The notes under the pieces are model-generated. The model was not told the origin of the DNA, did not search any database, and saw only the letters and a list, made by a program, of their open reading frames with translations. A stretch of 30,338 nt of DNA, from the NCBI RefSeq assembly GCF_001712795.1, contig NZ_KV757576.1, positions 1 through 30,338 on the forward strand, read 5' to 3'. Both the position numbers and the translations under genes were made by a program. The first letter of the stretch is position 1, and each line of letters opens with the position of its first letter. Source of the stretch: Nostoc sp. KVJ20 (GTDB lineage: Bacteria > Cyanobacteriota > Cyanobacteriia > Cyanobacteriales > Nostocaceae). This document shows positions 1-8,898 of the stretch, in pieces.

Positions 1-69
1 TTGTGATATTCCACCTGACAAGTATGTATCCAATATTTTTTGGCGAAAGTCGAGGGAATATGGTTTCAT
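1..69 (-). mobile_element. IS630-family transposase, first 23 codons only (gene runs off the left edge)
   Basis: The reverse complement of 1-69 starts with ATG (67-69) and reads MKPYSLDFRQKILDTYLSGGISQ. I recognise this as the typical N-terminus of IS630/Tc1-like transposases common in Nostocales. It is too short to appear in the ORF track. Confidence 0.5.
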
Positions 70-303
70 TTTTACCCTTGAGTAGATGCACTGAATTTAT
101 CTTAATTAGTGTACTTTATTAGACTGGTAAACGCCATATCTTTGAATCATATCGAGAAGAACTAATACCACCGAACGAAATAGAATTTTAATTATCTAGG
201 ACTTACGCATTGACAGAAAATACCAAATATGGATTCTTTGAAAAAGCACGTCTGTCGTAGGGGTAAAGCACAATGCTAAACCCCTACAGATGACTATCGA
301 AGA

Positions 304-495
304 ATGATTAATAAAAGGCTGAAACGACCCATTTTCGGATATGCATTTCTTAAATTAGCTGGTTCACCTATTGGTGCTTATGATGTACTTATAGCAGCCA
401 CCGCAGTAATCAATAATCATATTGTGGTGACATCTAATGTCCGAGAATTTCAAAGAGTACCTAACTTGCAAATCGAAAATTGGCGTTCTGTGTGA
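304..495 (+). pseudogene. PIN-domain (VapC-like) toxin, C-terminal remnant
   Basis: The 63-aa ORF ends ...GSPIGAYDVLIAATAVINNHIVVTSNVREFQRVPNLQIENW, which is the C-terminal third of a VapC PIN domain. The N-terminal acidic motifs (e.g. DTN) are missing, there is no partner antitoxin, and a hairpin repeat (GTAGGGGT..ACCCCTAC, 258-288) sits where the N-terminal part should be. Confidence 0.55.
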
Positions 496-588
496 ATAGC
501 TGACTCCTCCCAAATGCAAAGCTTAAAGCTTCCATAACAAGATGTTATATTTGCTTCTATATTCAAGTATCTGTTCAGCAAGCTAACT

Positions 589-1569
589 TTGTTTAAACTA
601 CTCAGATACATTAGTATTTTTCTCATTACCGCCTGTTTGCTATTTGCTTGTCATACTTCATCACCGACCGAATTAAAACGCCCTCCCTTGAAAGTGCAAT
701 TTGCATCTTTTATTGGAGAGTATCCAGGCATCATTGCTCAAGAAAAAGGATTCTTCAAAGCCCAAGGTGTAGATGTTGAACTAACTTATAAACGATACAC
801 CCAATTGGAAAGAGCAAATTTCAGTGCGGGTAAGTATGATGGTATTACAGCGTCCTTGGGAAGTTTTATTCTCTTGAGTGCCACCAATCCTGATATACAA
901 GGCGTGCTGGTTATAGATGAATCAACAGGAGCAGATGTAGTAGTCGCCCAACCACAAATAAAAACTGTCGCTGACTTGCAAGGGAAAAAGCTAGGTGCAA
1001 ATCTAGGCGGTTTTAGCGAACTTTTCGTGACTGAGATGTTGAAAAGTTCCAACTTCACCAGCGATGATGTGAAATTGGTTAAATTAGAAGCTTTAGAAAT
1101 TCCTCAAGGCCTGAAAAATAATGTTATTCAAGCCGGACACACTTGGCAACCCCATCTTTCTGAAGCTATTAAATCAGGGGGACATATCCTATTTACCAGC
1201 AAACAAACCCCTGGCTTGATTTTAGATATGATTATTTTTCGCAATGATACAATCCGCGATCGCCCCGAAGACGTTCGTGCATTTGTGCGAGGATGGCTGC
1301 AAGCTGCAAACTATTGGAGGGCAAATGTTCAGGAAGGAAACGCGATCGTCAGCAAAGCTTTAAAAATTCCTAGCAATACACTCTCTTTGGACGGAGTCAA
1401 CCTAACTGATTTAGCTGAAAATCAAAAATTGTTTCAATCTAGCAACCCTAACTCTATCTACAAAACTGCCAAGATATATGCAGACTTTTTTATTCGCTCT
1501 GGGAACGTGACGCGCATTCCTGAGCTAGAAAGTTTGTTCAATTCTTCCTTCTTGAACCCTCCCTTCTAG
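589..1569 (+). CDS. Periplasmic solute-binding lipoprotein, NMT1/SsuA/TauA-like (NitT/TauT-type ABC SBP fold)
   Basis: 326-aa ORF with a TTG start. It has a signal peptide with a lipobox (LITACLLFAC), and the overall pattern (KLGANLGGFSELFV, GHTWQP) resembles nitrate/sulfonate/bicarbonate-family binding proteins. No permease or ATPase gene lies nearby. Confidence 0.65.
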   Translation: MFKLLRYISIFLITACLLFACHTSSPTELKRPPLKVQFASFIGEYPGIIAQEKGFFKAQGVDVELTYKRYTQLERANFSAGKYDGITASLGSFILLSATNPDIQGVLVIDESTGADVVVAQPQIKTVADLQGKKLGANLGGFSELFVTEMLKSSNFTSDDVKLVKLEALEIPQGLKNNVIQAGHTWQPHLSEAIKSGGHILFTSKQTPGLILDMIIFRNDTIRDRPEDVRAFVRGWLQAANYWRANVQEGNAIVSKALKIPSNTLSLDGVNLTDLAENQKLFQSSNPNSIYKTAKIYADFFIRSGNVTRIPELESLFNSSFLNPPF

Positions 1570-1578
1570 TTTAAAGCC

Positions 1579-3366
1579 ATGCAGCAGACTTTTTTGGGCA
1601 GCATTCGGACAAAGTTGATCGCCTCGTTTCTGATTGTTGCTTTAATTCCTTTGCTGTTATTGGCATTTATCAACAAACAGACAACTGAAAAAGCACTAAC
1701 TGACAACGCCCGACAAGCCCTATCTGCGGCGGCTAACGAAACCGCTAACAGAATAGATGCCTTTATTGATGGAAATCTCAATGCCGTGCGCGTAGAGGCT
1801 ATTTTACCAGGTTTGGCACGCTATCTCAGCCTAAACCCAAAACAGCGAGATGACAGCCCCGAAATGCAATTGGCAATAGAAACATTAATCCGTCTCAGTC
1901 GCAAAGATATGCTCAATATTCTCTCCTATGCTTTGCTCGACTTAAACGGAAAAAATGTATTGGATACACAGACATCGAACATTGGCAAAGATGAATCAGT
2001 TGAAAATTATTTTAAAAAACCACTGGAAACTGGGTTATCTTTTGCTTCTACCATGAAGCGATCGCCAACAATTCCTGACCTTGTTACCCTGTTTTTTAGC
2101 AGTCCGGTTCGCAATGCCAAGGGAGATATATTGGGTGTATTGCGTGTTTCATACAATGCTACTGTTGTCCAGCAGTTAGTAACTCGACAAACTGAACGGG
2201 CTGGGGCAAAATCCTTTGCTATTCTTTTAGATGAAAATAATATTTATCTGGCACATAGCACTGCACCAAAACTACTTTTTAAATCAATTGTGCCTCTGCC
2301 TTTGGATGTTGTAACTCAACTACAACAGAAAGGGCATTTGCTTAATTCTCCTCTCAAAGAATTGGCAACTAATGAGTCAAAACTTAAGCAAGCATTAGAT
2401 AATAAACAGTCGTATTTAATTGCATCTTTGTTAGCAACAGGTAATCAGGTTAATCTGATTGCGATCGCTCATTTAAAATATAAACCTTGGTCTGTGTTGT
2501 TCGCACAACCCCTTGCTATTGCCCTAGCACCTGTAGAAAAGCAAATTCGTGACGCAATGTTTCTATTTGCAATTATTGCTTCAGTAGTGACAATTGTCGC
2601 TTTTGTCATTGGGCAACTGCTAACAAAACCAATAATTTACCTTACCAATATAGTTTTCCAATTTACCGCAGGTAACTTAGATATCCGCGCCAAAATTATC
2701 TCACAAGACGAAATAGGTCAACTGGCAGCATCGTTTAACAACATGGCACTTCAGTTACAAACATCCTTGGAAACTTTGGAACAACGGGTACAGGAGAGAA
2801 CAGCAGAGTTAGTAATTGCTAAAGAAACAGCAGAAGATGCAAATCAGAAACTAGAACAACTGGTAAATTTAGATGGTTTGACTCAGGTGGCTAACCGTCG
2901 CTGCTTCAATGCACGACTGCAAGCAGAATGGAAACGCCTTGCAAGAGAACAACAACCCCTGTCACTGATTTTATTCGATGTTGATAAATTCAAATCTTAC
3001 AACGACTGCTATGGTCATCTTGAAGGCGATTATTGTCTAATAAAAATAGCGCAAACAGTTCAACAGACAGTTAATCGTCCTGGTGATCTAGTAGCACGTT
3101 ATGGAGGAGAAGAATTTTCAGTACTCCTTCCCAATACTGATTTAGCAGGAGCAATCAAAGTAACACAAAATATTCAGCAAGCAATTTATGCTCAGTCCAT
3201 TCCCCATGCACAGTCTGATGTCAAGGATATCGTCACAGTTAGTTTGGGTATTACTTCTGTCATACCCATTTGCGACATTAAACCAGATACACTCATCGCT
3301 TCAGCCGATAAAGCACTGTACAATGCCAAACAAAAGGGGCGCGATCGCTATTGTACGTTTGGCTGA
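1579..3366 (+). CDS. Membrane sensor diguanylate cyclase (TM - dCache-like periplasmic domain - TM - HAMP - coiled coil - GGDEF)
   Basis: 595-aa ORF with two hydrophobic helices (LIASFLIVALIPLLLLAFI and FLFAIIASVVTIVAFVIGQLL) flanking about 300 aa. A HAMP-like segment (DEIGQLAASFNNMALQL) follows. The active site is RYGGEEF, and an RxxD I-site (RPGD) sits 5 residues upstream. The ORF starts 9 nt after the SBP stop. Confidence 0.85.
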   Translation: MQQTFLGSIRTKLIASFLIVALIPLLLLAFINKQTTEKALTDNARQALSAAANETANRIDAFIDGNLNAVRVEAILPGLARYLSLNPKQRDDSPEMQLAIETLIRLSRKDMLNILSYALLDLNGKNVLDTQTSNIGKDESVENYFKKPLETGLSFASTMKRSPTIPDLVTLFFSSPVRNAKGDILGVLRVSYNATVVQQLVTRQTERAGAKSFAILLDENNIYLAHSTAPKLLFKSIVPLPLDVVTQLQQKGHLLNSPLKELATNESKLKQALDNKQSYLIASLLATGNQVNLIAIAHLKYKPWSVLFAQPLAIALAPVEKQIRDAMFLFAIIASVVTIVAFVIGQLLTKPIIYLTNIVFQFTAGNLDIRAKIISQDEIGQLAASFNNMALQLQTSLETLEQRVQERTAELVIAKETAEDANQKLEQLVNLDGLTQVANRRCFNARLQAEWKRLAREQQPLSLILFDVDKFKSYNDCYGHLEGDYCLIKIAQTVQQTVNRPGDLVARYGGEEFSVLLPNTDLAGAIKVTQNIQQAIYAQSIPHAQSDVKDIVTVSLGITSVIPICDIKPDTLIASADKALYNAKQKGRDRYCTFG

Positions 3367-3709
3367 TTTACATTTATACCCAGTCTTCGCAGTGTTTTAG
3401 CAGCGATCGCTCCGGGTGTGGTTGTTGAAATCAGAGATTTTTGATGCGTTGGCGCAGCCCAACCTAGCCATCCCTTCATACAACAATTCTATTCTTTGTT
3501 AGGACTGACGCAAAATATTTCTCAAACTCAGATTTCTCCGTGTCCGGTTATTGAGCGAAGTCGAAATACTGCGCCTCTGCGGTTCGTTATTCCCTAAGTG
3601 TAGGAGTAATTAGATTAAATAATAACCTCTAAAGGAGTGCGATTGTAGCAAGCAAAAGTGCGATCGCTTCCAGAGGTTATTTTTATGGTTGTTGAAAACT
3701 ATTTTTAGT

Positions 3710-4228
3710 TTAATTGAGCGTAATATTCTTCGCAACACCGTTGCTATGTTCAAACTTGTTTTGACTTAGCGGTAAAGGCTCTTGAGAAAGGGATTCTAAA
3801 AATTTAACTGCTTTTAGTAAAGATTCTCCCGATAATTCTTCCAGCAGTGTTATTCCTCTTGAGCGAATTTCTTCAGGTGGAGTCATGGGCAAGTTGACCT
3901 TATTTACATCTAGCTTCAACTGTAATCCAAGTTTTTTGTCCTCCTCTCTGCCTAAAGTCTCATCCTTGCAGGTTTCTCTCTGTTGTAACTCTGAGCTAGT
4001 TATGAGCGGGGGAATGGTGGCGACATCATAATCATCCGGTTCTAATAATATTTTGAATGCCTGAAAACATCGAGTGAGAGAGTACCGATCAACTTTGTTC
4101 CTACAGCTAAAAATCTTACACAGGGTATGAGAGTCTAAACCTGTCTGAACACTCAGATTGATGAGTGTAAATCGCTTGTTGCCGTTTTCATTAAATTCTG
4201 TTTGTTGTTTTGCTAACTCAAGCTCAAA
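3710..4228 (-). pseudogene. XRE-like HTH protein remnant lacking a canonical start codon
   Basis: The minus-strand frame is open for 172 codons from the TAA at 4229-4231 to the stop at 3710. It encodes ...NGNKRFTLINLSVQTGLDSHTLCKIFSCRNKVDRYSLTRCFQAFKILLEPDDY..., the HTH module seen at the N-terminus of many cyanobacterial multidomain proteins. The first ATG/GTG/TTG in frame is the TTG at 3919, downstream of the HTH, so the HTH part has no usable start. Confidence 0.35.
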
Positions 4229-4588
4229 TTACACTCCCAGTAGTTTGATTTTAGGAATGTTATTCAACAGTAAATTTTTGATAGTCTCCTATAAATTGTT
4301 CGCGTGGGAAGAAAGAGGATAATAATAACTGTGTAATGAAATCTATTATAGAAGAACTAAGTCCGAGCCAATAGAGAAACAGCAGGACAGTCATTAAGTT
4401 TAGCGATCGCTGTTAAGCTCTCCTTTTGCAGGTGAGAATTCCAGTTATAGGTTTAAAGATGACATCAGGGGCAATATCCAAGCGATCGCACTCTTTTACC
4501 GATTGAATTGAAGAAAGGTAGCAAGATGCCGCAGAGTGCCTACAAAAAGTAAGTCAGACATCAATCACTTTTTTGATTTTTAGCAAAT

Positions 4589-4617
4589 GCGATGCCTGCG
4601 GCGGGCGTAGTGATCGC
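4589..4617. repeat. Small dispersed repeat, copy 1 (GCGATGCCTGCGGCGGGCGTAG... family)
   Basis: gcgatgcctgcggcgggcgtagtgatcgc. Related copies lie at 24973-25003 and 26384-26417. Confidence 0.6.
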
Positions 4618-4859
4618 ACAAAATTGTGCCGCAATAGAACTTTTGGATTTTTTTAGGATAGTAGTATTATTAAATTGTATATACAACTTTATTTTTCCCA
4701 AGTATTGAGTAGCTAACGATAGAATCGTGCTTTGTCGGTGATAAATTATACAGCTTTTTTTATTTGCCTACACGTTTAAACGCTACAACAAGCTAATGTG
4801 CAATTACTCATGATTTTTTGAGTACTACCTCAAAAAAACCTTTATTTAAAAGTTGCGCG

Positions 4860-5435
4860 ATGACACAAACAACTACAGAGCGTCTATACTCTTTTGAAGA
4901 ATATCTCGCTTATAACGATGGTACTGATAGCCGTTATGAATTGGTGGATGGGAAACTAGAACGCATGAATCCACCAACTTTTAGACATTTACTAATTTCT
5001 GACTTTATTCAGGATAACTTTAAGGCAGAAATCAATCGCTTGAGTTTACCTTGGCTATGCTTTAGAGAGGCAGGGGTAAGAACGGGATGGCGGAAGTCAA
5101 GATTGCCTGATGTTTATGTTGTCACAGCTGAACAGGTAATGGAATTCCTTGATGAGTCTGCTGTTTGTCAGTCTGCGCCGATATTAGTAGTGGAAGTTGT
5201 CAGCCCTGATTCAATAAAACGCGACTATCGATATAAACGTTCTGAATATGCAGCGTTAGAGATTTCTGAATATTGGATTGTAGATCCAATAGAGTCAAAA
5301 ATTACGATTTTATTGTTGTCAGAAGGATTGTACGAGGAAAAAGAGTTTAGCGGGAGTCAGCAACTTGTGTCTGCAACTTTCCCGGAAATTGCACTTACAG
5401 TTGAACAAGTATTGTCTGCGGGTAATGTTGGTTAA
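4860..5435 (+). CDS. Uma2-family (DUF820) putative restriction-type endonuclease
   Basis: YSFEEYLAYNDGTDSRYELVDGKLERM..., PDVYVV, ILVVEVVSPDS..D...K...YA...ISEYWIVDP match the Uma2 family pattern. I prefer the ATG at 4860 (MTQTTTERLY) over the ORF-track TTG at 4818. Confidence 0.8.
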   Translation: MTQTTTERLYSFEEYLAYNDGTDSRYELVDGKLERMNPPTFRHLLISDFIQDNFKAEINRLSLPWLCFREAGVRTGWRKSRLPDVYVVTAEQVMEFLDESAVCQSAPILVVEVVSPDSIKRDYRYKRSEYAALEISEYWIVDPIESKITILLLSEGLYEEKEFSGSQQLVSATFPEIALTVEQVLSAGNVG

Positions 5436-5708
5436 AAAATAGACCATCCCTTCTGCTAGTTATCACAAGACTGTAAAACTCTGGGCTTACTTAAATAACC
5501 TAGAGGATTTAATTGGATAAAGTTGTGCTAAGTTACGTAGTTATTTGTAGTCACCCAATGTAAGCGATCGCACAGGAAATACATTCAAAAATCTGGAACT
5601 GTTTAGCGATCGCACTCATTTGACTTTGAAGGCTAGCCTTGGTCATGATGTACTTGTGTCAATTTCCCAGTGCTAGCCATTAGTGGGCGATAGCTGTATA
5701 CAATAACT

Positions 5709-6626
5709 CTATTCTTTTTGATGATGAAACCGAATTCCTAAAAAGATGTCGTAAACAAACTCAAAAAAGTCCTTTTTCTGCAACAATCCTGAAGTTTGAT
5801 AACATCCTTTTTCATCTAAGAGTGGCTTCATGACATAGTATGCAGGTTGGTAATTATACCAAGGAATAGAAGGCCACAAATGATGAATTAAGTGGTAATT
5901 CTGTCCCATAATTAGGATATTGAGAACTTGGTTTGGGTAGACGCGAGCATTTTTCCAGCGATCGCGCTCCGCAAAAGGACGATGAGGCAAATAGTCAAAA
6001 AATAATCCCAGTGCTATCCCTACCACAAAAGCTGGTATAAACCAAAAATTCAGAATGTAACCCAAAAAGTTGTACTGCACTGAGATATAAACAATTACAC
6101 CGACAATTAAGCGGCTGATGAACCATTCCCATAGCTCATATTTACGCCACAGTCGCCGTTGAAAGAAAAATACCTCATGGTACAAAAAACGCACTGCAAT
6201 CAACCATAACGGGCCACCAGTAGAGACATAATGATCTGGGTCGTCTTTAGGATGGTTGACATGTCCATGATGCTGTAAATGCACCCGCGTAAATACTGGA
6301 AAAGCAAAAGCTAGCATCAACGCACTGCCATGCCCTAACATCGCATTCATCACCCGGTTGCGATGGGCTGATTGGTGACAGGCATCATGAATTACTGTTC
6401 CAGCACAATGCAAGGCAAGGGTGTTAACGCTAAAGCACAGCCAGTGCGGCCATTCCCAAAGCCAGTAACCAAAGTTAGATAACACCAGCATTGCTACAGC
6501 TACCAAAAACAGCAGTAGCGTGGGATTAAAATCACCAGGAGGCGCTAAAAATTCCTTGGGTGGGATTGTCAGTGGCTTTTGTGCCTCCGATGTGATCATC
6601 TCTAACATTGACTCCTTCTTAATCAA
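5709..6626 (-). CDS. crtR: Membrane di-iron hydroxylase of the fatty-acid-desaturase superfamily, most like cyanobacterial beta-carotene hydroxylase CrtR
   Basis: Three histidine boxes are present (HDACHQSAH, HLQHHGH, HLIHHLWPSIPWYNY) along with several hydrophobic helices. The HDACH-type first box and the size (305 aa) fit CrtR rather than an acyl-lipid desaturase. Confidence 0.6.
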   Translation of the reverse strand: MIKKESMLEMITSEAQKPLTIPPKEFLAPPGDFNPTLLLFLVAVAMLVLSNFGYWLWEWPHWLCFSVNTLALHCAGTVIHDACHQSAHRNRVMNAMLGHGSALMLAFAFPVFTRVHLQHHGHVNHPKDDPDHYVSTGGPLWLIAVRFLYHEVFFFQRRLWRKYELWEWFISRLIVGVIVYISVQYNFLGYILNFWFIPAFVVGIALGLFFDYLPHRPFAERDRWKNARVYPNQVLNILIMGQNYHLIHHLWPSIPWYNYQPAYYVMKPLLDEKGCYQTSGLLQKKDFFEFVYDIFLGIRFHHQKE

Positions 6627-6979
6627 ACATTACGAATATACGATAAATATTAGGGAACAATAAAGTTTTGTAACTTTTTGTATAGCAATATTTATCCACA
6701 GCTTTGCATATCAGTAGATGAATAACGCTATGATTCCAGACAAGAACTAATCTTTACTGATAAGTGGGGTATGACAATTGGCAAAAAGTTGATGGGATAA
6801 ACTCTTTCGTTGGGAGGATGGATACAAGATTGATGTACTATATCTAGTCTATCCCACAGCCCCCACTCTCCCATAAACCCTCTCTAACTGTTTATATCTT
6901 ATTGATATAGCAGTGACTGAAAAGGAGATGCCACTTAAGTTACGATGACTTCCCAGATAGCTCCCTAACTTCAGCCCCT

Positions 6980-8749
6980 ATGCAATTAAGAGATTCTCTG
7001 CGCCGGACAAAAATTGTCGCTACTATTGGCCCCGCCACTAGCAGTCCTGAAATGCTCAAGGCAATTATTGAAGCGGGAGCCACGACGCTGCGGCTAAACT
7101 TCTCCCACGGAACTCATGCCGACCATCAGCGTAGTATTCGCTTAATTCGGCAAACCGCTTTTGAATTAAATCAGCCAGTGGCTATTCTTCAAGACTTGCA
7201 GGGCCCAAAAATTCGCTTGGGGAAGTTTGACAACGGGTCTATAGTTTTGGCAAAAGGCGATCGCTTCACCTTGACAAATCGTCCAATAGTAGGGACGCAG
7301 GAAATTAGTTGCGTCACCTACGATTATTTAGCCGAAGAAGTCCCAGTTGGTGCAAAAATTCTCCTCGATGATGGACGAGTAGAAATGCTTGTAGAGGAGA
7401 TTAATCGGGACAAAGGTGATTTACATTGTCGCGTCACCGTACCTGGTAAACTTTCTAACAACAAAGGCGTAAACTTTCCCGGCGTTTACCTGTCAATTAA
7501 GGCAATGACCGACAAAGACCGAGAGGATCTGATGTTTGGTCTAGATCAAGGTGTCGATTGGGTGGCACTTTCCTTTGTCCGCAATCCGCAGGACATGATC
7601 GAAATTAAAGAACTAATTTCCAGTACAGGTAAGCAAGTGCCAGTAGTGGCCAAAATTGAAAAGCACGAAGCAATCGAACAAATGGAGGCGATTCTGGCTT
7701 TGTGTGATGGCGTAATGGTTGCCAGAGGCGACTTAGGGGTGGAATTACCCGCAGAAGATGTTCCCGTACTTCAAAAGCGGTTAATTGCCACAGCAAATCG
7801 CTTGGGGATTCCCATCATCACAGCTACTCAGATGTTAGATAGCATGGTGAGCAATCCCCGTCCCACCCGCGCTGAAGTGTCGGATGTGGCAAATGCGATT
7901 TTAGATGGCACAGACGCGGTGATGCTCTCCAATGAAACTGCTGTGGGTAGCTTTCCTGTAGAAGCAGTGGCGACGATGGCACGAATTGCCGAACGTATGG
8001 AGCAGGAAGAATCCCAACACTTAAACTTACGTTCTGTCAGAGATGCTCGGCGCTCTATTCCTAATGCGATTAGTCAAGCTGTCGGTCAAATTGCCGAACA
8101 ACTAGGCGCAGCAGCAATCATGACCCTAACGCAAACTGGGGCAACAGCTCGTAATGTCTCTAAGTTCCGTCCCCAAACACCGATTTTAGCAGTGACGCCT
8201 CATGTGAATGTGGCGCGGCAGCTACAGATGGTGTGGGGAGTAAAACCGCTGTTGGTACTAGGATTACCTTCCACAGGTCAGACATTTCAAGCTGCGATCA
8301 ATGTGGCTCAGGAGCTTAAGTTACTGTCTGAGGGAGATTTAGTCGTGATGACCGCGGGTACACTCCAGGGAATTTCCGGCTCCACAGATTTGATTAAAGT
8401 AGAGGTGGTGACGGCGGTATTAGGTCACGGAATTGGACTAGGACAAGGTTCAGTGAGTGGTCGCGCACGGGTGGCAAATACTGGCATGGATGTGAGTAAC
8501 TTTAATCCCGGAGACATATTGGTTGCACCGCGCACTAGTGCCGATTTTGTCGAGGCAATTCGTAAATCTGGTGGAATTATTACGGAAGATGAAAGTCTCA
8601 CAAGTCACGCAGCAGTAATTGGTTTACGTCTTGGTGTACCAGTGATTGTTGGCGTGAAGCAGGCAACCCAGGCGATTCGGGATGGGGCGATTATAACCCT
8701 GGATCTACAACGGGGTTTGATTTACTCTGGGGCGGTGAGAACGTCTTAG
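6980..8749 (+). CDS. pyk: Pyruvate kinase with C-terminal PEP-utiliser (swivelling phosphohistidine-type) domain
   Basis: RRTKIVATIGPA, LRLNFSHG, MVARGDLGVE and the rest of the PK core are present. An extra tail of about 110 aa contains GGIITEDESLTSHAAVIGLRLGVPVIVG. Confidence 0.9.
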   Translation: MQLRDSLRRTKIVATIGPATSSPEMLKAIIEAGATTLRLNFSHGTHADHQRSIRLIRQTAFELNQPVAILQDLQGPKIRLGKFDNGSIVLAKGDRFTLTNRPIVGTQEISCVTYDYLAEEVPVGAKILLDDGRVEMLVEEINRDKGDLHCRVTVPGKLSNNKGVNFPGVYLSIKAMTDKDREDLMFGLDQGVDWVALSFVRNPQDMIEIKELISSTGKQVPVVAKIEKHEAIEQMEAILALCDGVMVARGDLGVELPAEDVPVLQKRLIATANRLGIPIITATQMLDSMVSNPRPTRAEVSDVANAILDGTDAVMLSNETAVGSFPVEAVATMARIAERMEQEESQHLNLRSVRDARRSIPNAISQAVGQIAEQLGAAAIMTLTQTGATARNVSKFRPQTPILAVTPHVNVARQLQMVWGVKPLLVLGLPSTGQTFQAAINVAQELKLLSEGDLVVMTAGTLQGISGSTDLIKVEVVTAVLGHGIGLGQGSVSGRARVANTGMDVSNFNPGDILVAPRTSADFVEAIRKSGGIITEDESLTSHAAVIGLRLGVPVIVGVKQATQAIRDGAIITLDLQRGLIYSGAVRTS

Positions 8750-8753
8750 ATTA

Positions 8754-8820
8754 GGGATTGGGGACTGGGGACTGGGGACTGGGGAGCAGGGGAGCAGAGG
8801 GCAGGGGGTAAGGGGTAAGG
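8754..8820. repeat. Heptamer tandem array, STRR1-type (GGGGACT = reverse complement rotation of CCCCAGT) decaying into GGGGAGC/GGGGTAA variants
   Basis: gggattggggactggggactggggactggggagcaggggagcag..ggggtaaggggtaagg, directly after the pyk stop. Confidence 0.85.
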
Positions 8821-8837
8821 AGGAGAAGAATTAATAA

Positions 8838-8894
8838 CCAATGCCCAATGCCCAATGCCCAATGCCCAATGCCCAATGCCCAATGCCCAATGCC
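8838..8894. repeat. Heptamer tandem array (CCAATGC) x about 8
   Basis: A perfect 7-bp periodicity runs over 57 nt between the convergent pyk and M61 peptidase genes. The 72-aa ORF 8751-8969 is just a translation of these arrays. Confidence 0.9.
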
Positions 8895-8898
8895 TTTA

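Noticed and set aside
6669-6682. NtcA-like site GTAactttttgTAT in the crtR/pyk divergent region
   Set aside because: The right half-site is imperfect (TAT instead of TAC), and I could not place a convincing -10 box at the required spacing for either gene.
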